Positions 24,994 through 39,566 of a DNA stretch of 64,000 bases are shown here, piece after piece (position 1 is the stretch's first letter; the number at the start of each line of letters is the position of its first letter). Under the pieces are notes generated by a model, which was given only the letters and a program-made list of their open reading frames with translations, made no database searches and had not been told where the DNA came from. A program made the position numbers and the translations under genes. The DNA is from Cenococcum geophilum (taxonomy: Eukaryota). Where the stretch lies: positions 7,874,001 through 7,938,000 of the forward strand of contig CP158635.1 of assembly GCA_050273025.1 (NCBI GenBank). The letters are read 5' to 3'.

Positions 24994-27900
24994 GTATTAG
25001 GTCCATTGCGGTAGTGTAGGGCGTTATTAATAGCTTGCTTAGCCCGTAGCTTAACTATTTTAGTTATTGCCTTCCGTATTACAGCTGCTCGTTCCATAAT
25101 AGACGGGGCAGGAGGGCCTAGGTTGCTTATCCTTAGGTAGGCTCTATAAACCAAGAGGGTAAGTACTAGTCCGTTAGGGCCAGTGGTGTTATTAATAGCT
25201 TTTACGGCCATCTGTAAAGCTAGTTCCTTTTAGATGTCCTTACACTCGTCTGTAATGATCTGGTAAGCTCTCTATAAGGCTAGGTAAGCTCGCTTAATAA
25301 GCCTAATAGACTAGTACGCCTTAACTGGAATAGCTTTTGTTAATATAGCTATGGCTATAGTATACTGCTAGAATTCCTTACTAATAAAGTTCTTACCAGT
25401 GTTATAGGTAATATACTGCGGAGGTCTAACGTATGTGTCGATCTAGTAGGTCCGTAAAATATCCTAAGTGTATTTTATGGATATATTTTATAACCAACGA
25501 GCAACTTAATAGTGGGTTGCCTCGTCGATTATATGTAATACTGGACTGCCGTTAATATATATAATGTCCACGTATACTAAGTGGTTAAAGTTAAGGTCCT
25601 TATAAAGGGTAAACTTAAATCGGCCTAGGGAACGTCCGTATTTCTGGCAGAAGGAGCAGTATTTGGTTAGGTGGTTAATTGCCTTCCTATTAACGTCGTC
25701 ATATCCAGAGCGTTTAGGGACTCTATACAGCTTTTCGGCTAACGGGTGGCCGAAATGGCGGTATAGGCGGTAGATCTTAGTACTAGTAAGGTAGTATAGG
25801 TTATAGTTAAAAGATTTCTAAATATAGGTCTGTAAAGTCTCTCCCTATATAAGGAACGGGTGTCCAAATTGTCGTGTAATTAGTAGGGTAATATACTTAC
25901 TTCCTAGGGCAGTTGCGGGGCCAATTAGGGTGTCCATAACATTATTATAGTACACCTATAACCTGTCTATGTCTATAAGATAGAGTAGGAAAGGGGTGTC
26001 CGCTTTTACCACGTAGAAGTTAACTAGGCTAATTAGAGTCTTAACTTTAACTAATCTAATTAATGCGGTTAAGCTGATGCCGAATTGGACGTTTACGGCC
26101 CTAGTTTGCGTAATATCAATGTCCGTATTATTATTTGTGGTGGTCCTATATATAAGGTATTGTCTATAGCCTACGGTAGACTTCTTAGAGGCACCTGTGT
26201 CGATTATAACACCGTAGAATTCCTTAGGGGTATAGCGTTCTGTAGTAATATATGCAAATAAGTCCTGCTTATAATCTATAATATTTATAACGGGGGTACT
26301 TACAGGATAGTTTTTGGGCGTAAGTAAGTGTATAAAGGAGTGGTCAGCTAATACGGTCGTAATATTAAAGGCTTAGCTATCCATAAAAGGTCTAAAAGTA
26401 GTTAAGAACGTCTCTAAGGTCTCTTATTCCTAAGCGTCTAAGTTAAAGTTAATTATAAGGGCTTCTATTAACTCATTAGGGGGCTCCTCTACTTCCTCTC
26501 CTTCGTATTCTAAAATAAACTGGTTAATACAGCTATTAAGTCTCTTTTTAGACTTATTACATTCTTCCTAAGTATGCCTTGTAGACTAATATCCTTCCTT
26601 ACCGTATACGAAGCACTTCTGGCTAGTTTGTCTGCGGGGGTATATTTTTATACGGGGGTTACTACGGGGGTTATAGGTAGGACTTAGTCGGTACAGGTGC
26701 TGCTAGCGGTAGCGGCGGTCCGTAAAGTAGACGTCTAAGTCTATTTACGGATATTAAATATCCGTAACAAAGGCTTAAGTGCTGCCTGGTAGGTTTAAGA
26801 CTTCATACGTTATAATAAAGGAGCGTAGGTCATTAATAAGGCTAGCTAAGGTATCTATAGGCTTATAGCAGGCGTACTTACAGGGCTCTACTTCCTAGCA
26901 GGCCGTAATAAGTTTATTATACAGGAAGTCGTCCGTTTAAAGCTTAATATTAAAACCGTGCTGTAGGTAGTAGAGGTCTTTAATAAGGATTTGCAGGCAC
27001 TCTATAGTCGATTTTTCAGTATTCTTATCTATTACGGTCCGTAGCTTAGTCGCATTCCATTAGGTAAGGATATTACGCTTATATTCCGGTCCTTTAAAGT
27101 AGTTATATATAGCTTCGCATAGCTTATTAAAAGGAACACTAAGGGGGTTACTCTTAAGGTTGGTGTAGTAGTGGTCGAGTGCTAGGCCGCGCAGCATAGT
27201 AGAGTAGGCTTGGCTAAACTTTTATTTAAAAATATTAGCCTTCTGGCAGAGGTCCGTAAAGATAGTTAGTTTAAAGTTAAAGTTATCGTTTTCGCCGCTA
27301 TACTTAGATTTGTCGGTATAGAGCTTAGCTAGGTTAGCTAGCTCCTTGCCGTAGGTCTTTAGTTAGGTAAGTTGCGGATCTATAACTTACAGATTTATAG
27401 TTTGCGGATATATAGCTTGCGGATCTGTGACTTAAATAACGGGGGTAATTTAGTCCGTATTTTGGTTTGCGGGGGTATTACGGTCCGTAACTTAAGTACT
27501 AGGTGTGCTTTAGCCCGTAAAATCAATTCTAAAACTACTTAGGTTTATAGGATAAATTTGGTTAAGTGGGTTAGGTATAAGGCTAGCGATTACATTAAGT
27601 TTGGAAGAAGTAAAGAGTTCCTTAGTTTCTTAAAACTGGTCTAGGATTTCCTCTTTAGTCTATTCCGTTTAGTCCTTCTTGTGTATTATATTATACAAGG
27701 ACTGTATAATAGTAACTCGTTTATTCCTTTTAACCCATACACCTTAGTTACGTAAGAGGGTCCATAGGTTACGGATAGTAGTAGGGTTGCATGCTTTAAA
27801 GATAGCTTCCATAAAGTCCGCGAAGTCTTCCTAGTATTGCTTCCATAGGTCAACGTTTATAAGCTTAAAATATTTATATTTAAGAACTTTAAATTTAATA

Positions 27901-30900
27901 TAGTTATTAACGTCAGGCATAGACGTAAGGTCGGCTCCCTACCTTTACTTTTCCTAGCCTTCATTAACTTGCTTCCTTAGGTCTGCCATACTATATAGTG
28001 TAGTATAGTACGCAGTAGGTAGAAGAGGTCTTGTAGTGGTCCGTAAAGGCGGTTAATATCTATAGCGGTTTGTAGAAGGGTAAGGGTGTCCGTAAGGGGT
28101 TTTAATAGGTCCGTAATAGTTCGTAAAAAGGTAGGGGGTCTTCGTAAGGGGTCCGAAAAGAGGTCGGGGGTATTAAGGGAGGGTGTAGTAGGAATAGGGG
28201 TTTAAGGTTTAAGGGTAGGGGGTTCCGTATAGGTCTGTATTCGCGTCTATTATACTTCCGGTAAACCGTACTAAGACTTAAATAAGTATATAGAGTTGGA
28301 GATAAGTCCGTAATCCCCAACTTCCAACCTTCTAGTAGGTCGTACTAGGAGTCTAAACGGGTGGTCGCTGTCGTATATATCGCTCAGGGGGAGGTATTAA
28401 GTGATTGCTGATCTGTGCGCGCTTACTAATCAGTGTTTATACTAACTTAATAGTACAGGCGAGTCGTATCCACGGGCACGAAATACGTATAGTATTATAT
28501 GCTTGTTTAGATGGTGACTGTCAATTGTATAAAGCAGACTACGTGGTCTATATACTAATGCACCTCCCCCCTAATTAGTTAGTGCTTTATAAGTGCACCA
28601 GACGCGTAAGTGAGTGGTTGGTGCACTGAACGCGTAAACGCGTACCTGGTGTACCGAACGCGTAAGCACGCGTTTGGTATAACAGGTGCTGTAATTATAC
28701 AATTATATATAAACTATATAATAGGTAATAATAATACCTAATTATTCTGTACGTAATTAATATAGTGTTTTAGATACTACTCTAGTGTCTAATTTAGTCT
28801 TTCTATTTAACTATCCGTCTGCGGATAATATACGGTAGAAGTTACTACTTTAACTCCTTATTCCGCTAAGAATACCTTTTAAAATACTGCTATAAATCTT
28901 AAATCCCTATCCGATATAATCTTACTTAGTGCTCTATATCTTATAAATACTTCTTTAATATAGATTCTAGCGATATCTTCTACTAATATTTCTTCTATGT
29001 ATGCTATAAAGTATCTCTACTTCATAAGCTTATCTACTATTACTAAAATTATATTATAATCTTATCTGGTAATAGGATCTCTTAACCTTAGTAACTTAAT
29101 AATAAAGTCCTATAATATAACTTCCTATAGTCTCTCTAGTATTTTAATAGGTTATAGCCCTCTATATAGCTTATGCCTTATTAGTTTATTCCTCTAGCAA
29201 TTTAAATATTTCTTTATAACTTTTCGCGCTAAGCCCTAAATTCTATTAATAATATACTCCTCTTAAAGTCTTAACACTAAGCCTATAGCTCCATTATATT
29301 CTTAAGTTAATCCCCTATAGAAATTTTCTATAAAATGCTCTACTATACTTTTTAGGATATACTTTACTTCTTAATTTTTGTATATATCTATTTATGGATC
29401 TTTTAGCTATACCTTTAGAATTCTTTATATCTAAAAGCTTTCTGGTAACTTATAAACCCTATCTAGTTCCTCTTAAGTTATTATAATTTTTAGATAATTA
29501 TACCTAATTAGTCCGTCTGTATCTTTTTATAGTAAAGCCCCTAATAGCTTTTTATTGTTTTATAGTTTAGTCTTCTAACTTAAAGTATCTGCTTATATAT
29601 TATTTATGCCCTTAGTATACTAAATCTTAAAATGGTATTCCGTAAGCATCTCTACCTATTTAACCTATCTTTAGTTAAGTTCCTTTATTATTAGGAATTC
29701 TATTAGGTTCTTATAATCTATTTTAACTATAAATAGTTTCTCTATACCTTATAAGAATGCTCTTTATTTCTTTAGTGCTATAACTATACCTAATAACTCC
29801 TTATTATAGATGTTATAGTTTAACTCTAGTAGTGTTATCTTTTAACTATAGTATGCTACTAGGTGCTATCTATCTTAGTATTTCTATATAAAGTATACCC
29901 CTAGTATAAAGTCTAATATATCCGTTTTTATAACCGTCTCTAGTCCTAGTTAATAGATTTTAAGAACTGGCTCCTAGGTAAACAACTCTTTAACTTTTTT
30001 AAAGAGTTCCCTTTATTCCTCTGCTTATGCCTATAGTTCTTTTTTCTTTATTAATCGCGTAAATGGTTTAATATCCTTTAACTATTACGCTATAAACTTT
30101 TTATAGTAATTGCAAAACCCTAGGAACGATTTTAACTATATAACGTTCTCTAGTTCTTACTAATTTACTATAGCCTTAATCTTTTTTAGATCTATACTAA
30201 GTTAGCCTAGTTTAATAATAAATTTTATAAAATTGGTTTTCCTAATAAAGAACTTGTATTTCTTAATTACTACTAGTATTTATTCCTCTTATAGTCTCTT
30301 TAAGACCTATTTAACGTATTCCCCGTATTCTTCCTTTATTATTAAGTAGATAATAATAATATTAAGATATACTCTAATAAATTTATCTAAGTGTTCTTCT
30401 AATATATTGTTAATATATTTCTAGAATATCGCTAGTATATTTATAAACCTAAATTGTATAACTAATGGTTTATATAGTTTTTCCTTTAATTTAAAGGCTA
30501 CCTTTTATTTGTCGCCTTCCTTAATTCTAATCTAATGGTACGCCTATCTTAGATCTATCTTTGTAAAGATTTATATATTACTTATCCTGTCTTAGATTTT
30601 GCTAATTAAGGGTAAAAAATACCTATCCTTTCTAGTAATGCTGTTTAACTATCTATAGTTAATATATAGCCTTAGTTTACTATTTTTCTTTAGTATAAAT
30701 AGTACTGGATAACCCGCTAATAACTGTAATAGTCTAATATATCCCTTTTATAAGTTTTCCTAGATAAACTCTTTTAATGCTCTACCTTCTTCTTTGGTAA
30801 GCTTATAGATTAGAAAAAACCTTAAACTTATTCCTAGTTTTAATTCTATTTTATAGTCCTATACTATATACTCTAATAGCTTTTTACTTTCTAGTGACCA

Positions 30901-33193
30901 TAGTTTCTTGCTATACTTATAATATCTTTTTAGTATATAGCTTAGTCCTTTTTCTGTTTCTTTATAGGTCGCTCTTACTTAATACTATACTAACTTAGCT
31001 TATTATTACGTCTTATATTGTTAAGTATTTCTAATATTAACCTAACCTATAACCTAATCGATCTTTAGATTATATTTCTATAACTAAGGCATTCCTAGTA
31101 CTGCCTTATTATTCCCTAATAGTAATATATTAAAAGACATCTTAATCTATCTCCCTTTAATAGTTAACTAAATAGGTCCTGTTTTAAGATTAATAATGCC
31201 TCCTCTATAGGTTATTAGATCTCCTAAAATTGTTACTAATAGGTAAGGGTGCTTCTTTTTCCTATATGGTAAACCTATCCTTTTAACTGCTATTAGCGAG
31301 ATATAGTTCCTTATTGCTCCACTATCTATTAATACCTTAAACTGTTAATCTTACCACTTAACTTATAAATTTAGGTGTCATCCTTAAATTTCTTTAAGGG
31401 TCTAAGGCTCTACTACTAGTTCCCTCTAGTTTTATAGGCCTCTACTTTTCCTAACTATTAGTTACTTAATCTGGTTTATACTTAGTCCTCCTTTAGCTAA
31501 TACTTAGTTTGCTTTTTATCTTTAATATACTATAGATATATATTTTTTAGGCATTCTCACTACTATTATCCGTTTAGGCATTCTTCTGTAAGGAATCTTT
31601 CTAGCTAAAGTATTAAGTCTCTTAACTCCTAAACTTCTACTAGGTGCCAGCTATATATATACTTAATATTTTTATATTTTTATTCTTCTACTATCTAATA
31701 TATCCTTATAGGGTATTTTTAATACTTATCCTTAGGTGCTCTATATATATTATACGCATTATCTACGTATATAATTTATACTAATATATAATATGCCTGG
31801 TGTTTTAGGTTAACTCTTAGCTCGTTTTTATCCTTAAGTTTAAACCTTTCTCATGTTAATCTAAACGTCGCGACTTTATTTATAGGTACTAAAATACGTC
31901 TTTTATTTCTCTAGTCCTCTAAACGCTCCTTTAAATCCTTTAATATTATAATTAAGGCTCCTTTAGATTCTTTAATATTATAATTAAGGCTCCTTTAATG
32001 TGATTTATAGCCTTTTCCGTAATTAGGTAGTCTTAAATAACTTTCTCATCTAACTATATATAAAAATCTTCCCACTTATCATTATGCCTTTGCCTATACC
32101 ACTTTTGGTATAGCTACTAAAGTATATACGGCTCGTCTATAAGGAAGTATCTTTTTATTACTATATTGTAATAGCCTTTAATGTATCGTTCTTCGAACCT
32201 GGTTAGAATCCCTAAATCCTCTTCTTATTTTAGTTTAATAAGCCACTTAGCTTTTAGTGTGCCTATTCTAGGCCTATTAGTGATTCTTTATATAGGTACT
32301 TAGTCCCTTATACGGCCTAGTATACTAGATCTTTTGTTTAGTTTCTGCTCTTGCTATAAGGTAATTCTTACTCTAAACTCCTTTATAGTTTCTTTCCTTT
32401 CGCGTCTTATAAGTGGATCCTTAAAGTCTCCTCGCTTCTTAATCTCGTTAATAGTCCTTATTTATGTCTTAAAATCTTAGTTCTATAGAATTCTTAATCC
32501 TAAGCTTACTTCTGTCTTAAGCTTTGCTCCTACCTTAGTCTAACTAGGCTTAGGTGTTCCTATCTTATCTTAAGAGTTTTAAATCTTACTTGTCTTGTCT
32601 TAAGAGTCTTATACCTATAGGAAACTCTATCCTAAGCTTATTTGTATATCCTTAAACTAAGCTATTGCCCTGCTCTATTGGTTTCTATTCATTATAGGTC
32701 CTAGGGTATACCTTATCTTATCTTTGTTACGGACGCTTTAAGTACAATATTACGTCTACTTGGAGAAGAGACGGAAGAAGCTAGTTGGTTAATTTAGGCA
32801 CGGTCTAGGATGGAGCCGATAGAACCATATAACGAGGAATAGTAACTAAGGTCACATAATGTGCTACGTATTGAACGAGAGGAACGAGAGGAACTTACGT
32901 ACCTTACGTATAAGACGTACATTACGTATAAGAAGGATTTTATAGGAGTACGGTTGTGTATTTAAGGACCCTTAGTCCCTACCTAGATAGTTCCTTCCTT
33001 GTAGTAATTCTTAGAATATAATTAGAGTTAATCTATTAGGTAACCACTCTACCAGTTATTATTACGTTGTTAACTTTTGTACTTGCATTTCCTATATACC
33101 TAGCCTAATAACGAGCCTATCGTAGTTCTTGCTACAAGGTTCCCTTATACAATTACTACCTAGTTATAGTATTAATATAAGAAGTCGAATAAC

Positions 33194-36100
33194 ATGCCAC
33201 TAAAAGTAGCTACTATGACGCCATTGACGGCAGCAACTACTTTAAGGACAGGAGGTGATACCAGTATGGCAGATACTGACTTATAGCAACCTATAACGGT
33301 CGGATAGCTATAGGAAATAGTTAACTAGCTAACAGCTAATAATACAGTATTAAAAGAAAGACTTAACGGGATAGGAGCAGTAAAGATTAAGCTACTATCA
33401 ATTAAGAGATTTACAGAAGAAAGGTTAAAGCTTAAAGGGTTCCTTACGCAGATGTACTTTAAGGTCTTACAGGAGGGAGCAAAGTTACCTATACTTGTGG
33501 ATCGGATAGCCTACGCAGGACTATTCTTATTAGGAAAAGCACTTAAGTAGTTTAAATTTTACCTTACGGAGATATAGGCAAATGGAATGACAACCACTAA
33601 CTAAGATGTGCGATTTATATTCTTAAGTTGGGAAGAATTTATAGAGCGACTTACGTAGATATTTGGAGACCTGGAAGAAACAACTATAGTGGAAAGAAAA
33701 CTCCAGAACCTTATGCAATAAACTTTAGCAATTAAGTATATAATATAGTTCTAGACACTAGCAATATAAGTAAAGTGGAATAATAGGGCGCTTATAGTAT
33801 AGTATAAACAGGGACTTAAGGCTAAAGTCTAGGACGCGATTATCCTAATAGAAGATACGGACACCCTAAGGGAACTAATAGATTAGGCGATTAAGATTAA
33901 TAATTAAATCTACTAAAGGGAATAGGCTAAGAGAGGCTAGGATAGAGTTCTATAGTTGTATAAGGCGCAAAATACGCAACGATAAAAGCTAAGTTAAAAA
34001 CTATAGTATAGCGCAGAGCCAATAGACCTAAGTAGTACTAAAGAAGCCTATAAAAAATGGAATAAACTATAGAAACCTAGAGGACAAGGATTAAGTAATT
34101 AAAGGTTTAAGAAGTAAAGGCCGAATTAGGGATCTTAGTAGCAGAAGACATTTAGGCGGACTCCATAGCAAGAGAAATGGTTTAAAGAAGGAGCTTATAT
34201 AAATTACGGAAAACAGGGTTATTACGTTAGAGACTATAGAAGTAGGTAGAGTTACTATATAGTAAAAGGTATAAGACTAGTAGACGATATATATATACAG
34301 AGGGATAATAATATACTATAAGGAACAAAAGAATATTTAATTAGAAGTTTTGCGTTCTGTTATAATAACGTATACTAAATTTATAAGGACGCTAAGTATA
34401 GCGTAAGCTATTAGCCACAAGAGCCAGCACCTATAGGATATAAAGGAACTAACGAACTAGTTCGCAGATTGGATATTAAAGACAATAAATTCGACCTAGG
34501 CGAAATATTCCATAATAATAAGGTAATAAGGGCCGCTTACTAGGAGCGAGTAGACCTTAAAGATGTTATACTAGAGGTAGAGGATAATTCCACTATAGAA
34601 TAGGGAACATTAGTAGGGATCGAAACCCCACTAAATATAATATCTATCGCTTTATAAGACGCAAGAGAAATAAGATAGTAAACCACTTCAGCACTTAATA
34701 AAGGCAAAAGGCTAAAGGCTTAAGATTCTTAAAACGAGATAAGAGACGACTAAGATTCTTAAAATAAGATAAGGTAAGCTTAAGGACCCACAACGGACGA
34801 AAACTAATAGAGTAGGGTAGTAGCTTAGTTTAGAAATATATAAATAAGCTTGGGATAGAATTTCCTATAGGTATAAGACTCTTAAGACGAGATAAGTAAG
34901 ATTTAAGACTCTTAAGACAAGATAAGAATATTATAAACGCCTAGTTAGACTAAGGCGGGAGCTAAGCTTAAGTTAGAGGTAAGCTTAGGATTAAAGAATC
35001 TAAGGGACCAAGATTTCGGAGTATAAATAAGGACACCTATAGGTAAGAGGTAAGAAGCTTCTTTATAGACTAGAGAATCTATAATATAAACAGCAGTTAG
35101 ACTAGGAGATAAATATATAGACCTAAAGAACTTACTAGGGGAACGCAGTGTTTAGCCTAAAGATTAAAAGTTTAATACTAGGATTAAGAAGCAAGACGAC
35201 TTTAAAAATTAGAGTATAAGGCGCAAACTAAAGGAAACTATAAAAGAGTTTAGGTAAAGAATTATTACATAGTAAGAATAGAAACTAAATAAGAGATTTA
35301 GTATATTAGGACGTATAGAGGACAAAGCACTAGTATAAAGAATTACTAATAGGCCGAGAGTAGGCACACTAAGAGCTAAGTGGCTTACTAAACTAGAAGA
35401 TAAAGAGGATCTAGGGATTCTAACTAGGTTTAAAGAATAATATATAAAGGGCTATTATAATATAGTAATAAGAAGATACTTTCTTACGGATAGACCGTAT
35501 ATACTCTAGCAGCTATACTAAAAGTGGTATAGGTAAAGACATAATAATAAGTAGGAAGATTTCTATATATAGTTGGATGAAAAGGTTATTTAGGGCCACC
35601 CGATTATAGAGAAGGCCATAACATATATTAAAGGAGCCTTAATTATAACGTTAAAGGATCTAAAGGAATGTTTAGAGGACTAGAGAAGCAAAAGACGCAT
35701 CTTAGTACCTATAAATAAAGTTATAACGTTTAGATTAGCATAATAAAGGTTTAAACTTAAGGATAAAGACGAGCTAAGAGTTAACCTAAAGCACCTAGCA
35801 CACTATACGTTATTATGGATTATGTGCGTAGACGATATATATAAAATATATAAGAATCTAAAGGAAAAGAATCGGAAATACCCTATAAGGATATACTGGA
35901 TAACGGATAAGTAATAGTATAAAAATGCTAAATATATATATAAATAGCATCCAGCAGAGGTCTAAGAGGAAGGAAGTTTAGTACTTTAACTAGGAAGATT
36001 CCTTACGGAAGAATGCTTAAACGGATAATAGTAGTAAAAATGCCTAGAAAACACGTGTCTATAGTATATTAAAGATAAAAAGTAAACTAGATATTAGCTA

Positions 36101-39100
36101 AAGAGGGAGCTAAGTACACTAGGATTAAGTAGCTAATAGTTAGGAAAAGTAGAGGCCTATAGGACCAGAGGGAGCTAGTGGTAGAGCCTTAGACCCTTAA
36201 AGGAATTTAAGGACGGCACCTAAATTTATAAATTAATTAGTAAGATTAGCAGTTTAAAGCGCTAATAGATAGTAGAGTAACGCGAAACTATATCTTACTA
36301 GTAGTAGTTAAGAGAATGGGACTACCTTATAGATAAAAGGAGTAACCTTACCTATTAGTTATAATTTTAGGAGATCTAATAACCTATAGAGGAGGGATTA
36401 TTAATCTTAAAATAGGACCTATTTAGATAACTATTAAAGGAAGATAAATTAAGATGTCTTTTAATATCCTACTATTAGGATAGGACGAGGTAGTATTAGG
36501 TATACCTTAGTTATAGAAATATAATCTAAGGATTAACTAGATTATAGGTCAGGTTAATATTAAAGATACTTAATGCCGTAAGATGTAATAATAAGCTAAG
36601 TTAGTATAGTACTAAGTAGGAGCAACTTATAAAGAAACAGAAAAAGGACTAAGTTATATACTAAAGAGATACTATAAGTATGGTAAAAAACTATAATCAC
36701 CGGAAAGTAAAAAGCTGTTAGAATATGTAGTATAGGACTATAAGATAGAGTTAAAACCAGGAATAAGTCTAAAGTTCTTTCCAATCTATAAGCTTACCAA
36801 AGAAGAAGGTAGAGTATTAAAAGAGTTTATCTAAGAAAATCTATTAAAGGGATATATTAGACCATTATAGTTATTAGCGGGTTATCTAGTACTATTTATA
36901 CTAAAGAAAAATAGTAAACTAAGGCTGTATATAGACTATAGATAGTTAAATAGTATTACTAGGAAGGACAGGTATCCTTTACCTTTAATTAACGAAATCT
37001 AAAATAGGATAGGCAATGCGCAAATCTTTATAAAGATAGATCTAAGATAGGCGTACTATTAGATTAGAATTAAGGAAGGCAACAAATAAAAGGCAGCCTT
37101 TAGGTTAAAGGAAGGACTATATAAACTATTAGTTATACAATTTGGGCTTATAAACGCACTAGTAACGTTTTAAAAGCGTATTAATAATGTATTAGGAGAA
37201 CACTTAGATGAATTTATTATGGTATACTTTAACAATATTATTATTTACTTAATAACTAAGAAAGAATATAGGGAATACGTTAAATAGGTCTTAAAGAGAC
37301 TATAAAAAGAATAGATGTTAGTAGCAATTAAAAAATACAAGTTCTTTACTAGGAAGACTAATTTTATTAGATTTATTATTAAATTAGGCCAACTTAGTAT
37401 AGATTTAAAGAAGATTGAGGCTATAGCAAATTGGCAAGAACTAGAGAACGTTATATAGTTAAAATCATTTCTAGGGTTTTGTAATTACTGTAAAAGGTTT
37501 ATAGCGCAGTGGTTAAAGAATATTAAGCCATTTACGCGGTTAATAAAGAAAGAAGAACTATAGGTATAGGGAAAGGAGTAAAGAAAACTCTTTAAGAAAG
37601 TTAAAGAGTTGTTTACCTAGGAGCCAGTTCTTAAGATCTATTAACTAGGACTAAAGATAGTTATAAAAATAGATGTATTAGACTATATACTAGGGGCGTG
37701 CTTTATATAAAGGTATTAAAATAAATGGCATCTAGTAGCATACTATAGTTGGAAGATGACACCACTAGAGTTAAACTATAATATCTATAATAAGGAGTTA
37801 TTAGGTATAGTTATAGTACTAAAGGAATAAAGAGTATTCTTATAAGGTACGGAGAAATTATTTATAGTTAAAATAGATTATAAGAACCTAATAGGATTCC
37901 TAATAATAAAGGAACTTAACTAAAGATAGGTTAGATGGGCAGAGATGCTTATGGAATACTATTTTAAGATTTAGTATACTAAAGGCACAGATAATACGCG
38001 GGTAGATACTCTAAGCTATAAAGCTAAACTACAAAATAAGGAAAAGCTATTAGGGGCTTTATTGCGAAAAGATATAGACGGATTAATTAGGTATAATTAT
38101 CCAAAAATTATAGTAACTTAAAAAGATAATAAACTAGAGAAAGTCTATAGGATACTAGAAAGCTTTTAGGTATAAAGGATTCTAAAAGCATAGCTAGAAG
38201 ACCTATAGATGGATATATATAAGAATTAAGAAGTAAAGTATATCCTAAGAAGCATAGTAGAGTAGTTTATGGAAGACTTTTATAAGGGATTAACTTAAGG
38301 ATATAATAGAGCTAAGGGCTTAGTATTAAGACTCTAAGAGGAGTATATTATTAACGGAATCTAAAGGATAGCTAAAAAAAGTTATAAAAGAGTATCTAGA
38401 TTGCTAAAGAAATAAACTAATAAAACATAAGCCGTATAGAGGGCTATAACCTATTAAAACACCAGAGAGACTATAGGAGGTCATATTATAGGACTTTATT
38501 ATTAAGTTACCAAAATTAAAAAATCCTATTACTAAACAAGATTATAACGCAATCTTAGTAATAGTGGATAAGCTTATAAAGTAGGGATACTTTATAGCAT
38601 ATATAGAAGAAATCTTAGCGGAAGATATCGCTAGAATCTATATTAAAGAAGTATTTATAAGATATAGAGTACTAAGTAAGATTATATTAGATAGAGACCT
38701 AAGATTTATAGTAGTATTCTAGGAAGTATTCTTAGCGAAGTAAGGAGTTTAAGCAGTAACTTCTACCGTATATTATCCGCAGACAGACGGTTAAATAGAA
38801 AGATTAAATTAGACGCTAAAGCAGTATCTAGGGTATTATATTAATTATATATAGAATAATTAGGTATTACTATTACTAGTTATATAGTTTACATATAATG
38901 CAACACCTTAAGAAGAAATAGGTATATTACCATTTAAGGCAAATTATGGATATGAGCTAAGAATATTGTTATTACTATAGTAAGCGAAGAAAATAAGTAG
39001 TACAGCTAAAGAAAAAATAAAGGATTTAATAAATCTTTATGCAGACCTTATAGAATTAATAAAAAAAGTATAAGAGAGAATAAAAAAGTACTATAATACT

Positions 39101-39566
39101 AAGAGATCTAAGGGACCAGATCTTAAGGAGGGAGATAAAGTATAGCTACTATACAAAAATTTTAAGAGTTAATAACTAAGTAAGAAATTAAACCATATTA
39201 GACTAGGACCTTTTAAAATTACATAAAGGATTTCACCGGTTATATTTAAGTTAAACCTACTAGCTAAAATAAAGATCTACCCTATATAGCATATTGCAAT
39301 GCTAAAGCTAGTATATAGGAATATTAAGTTACTAGTTTATAAAGCAGATATATATAGAGGATAAGAAGAAGACAAATAGTAAGTTTTAAAGATCGTTAAT
39401 TATAAGGACATTAACAACAAAATATAGTACGAGGTTAAGTAAATAGGCTATACTAAGACTACCTAGGAGCCACTAAAGAATTTAAAAAACGCTAGGGGAA
39501 AGGTATAGGAGTATTAAAAGAGATTAGGTTAGGTAGTATTAATAAAGAAAAATTACTAAAGAATAA
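33194..39566 (+). pseudogene. gag-pol of B3: gag, CCHC, ~2-kb extension, PR, RT, RNase H, integrase, chromodomain
   Basis: ATG at 33194; CxxCGKQGHYxxxC at ~34196; LIDSGAT at ~36262; Y(L)DDI at ~37225; TDG(Q)TER at ~38784; chromodomain EDEW..KIVDH...YEVKW.GY..TTWEP at ~39368-39480. Confidence 0.9.

Larger units (their letters stand above)
22074..28701 (-). mobile_element. Full-length GalEa-like Copia copy C3 (with two secondary insertions)
   Basis: LTRs 22074-22341 and 28434-28701; TSD ATTAT; reverse-complement homolog of C2 along its length. Confidence 0.95.

Noticed and set aside
31946..31999. About 32-bp tandem duplication in B2
   Set aside because: Private to one dead copy; ordinary slippage.
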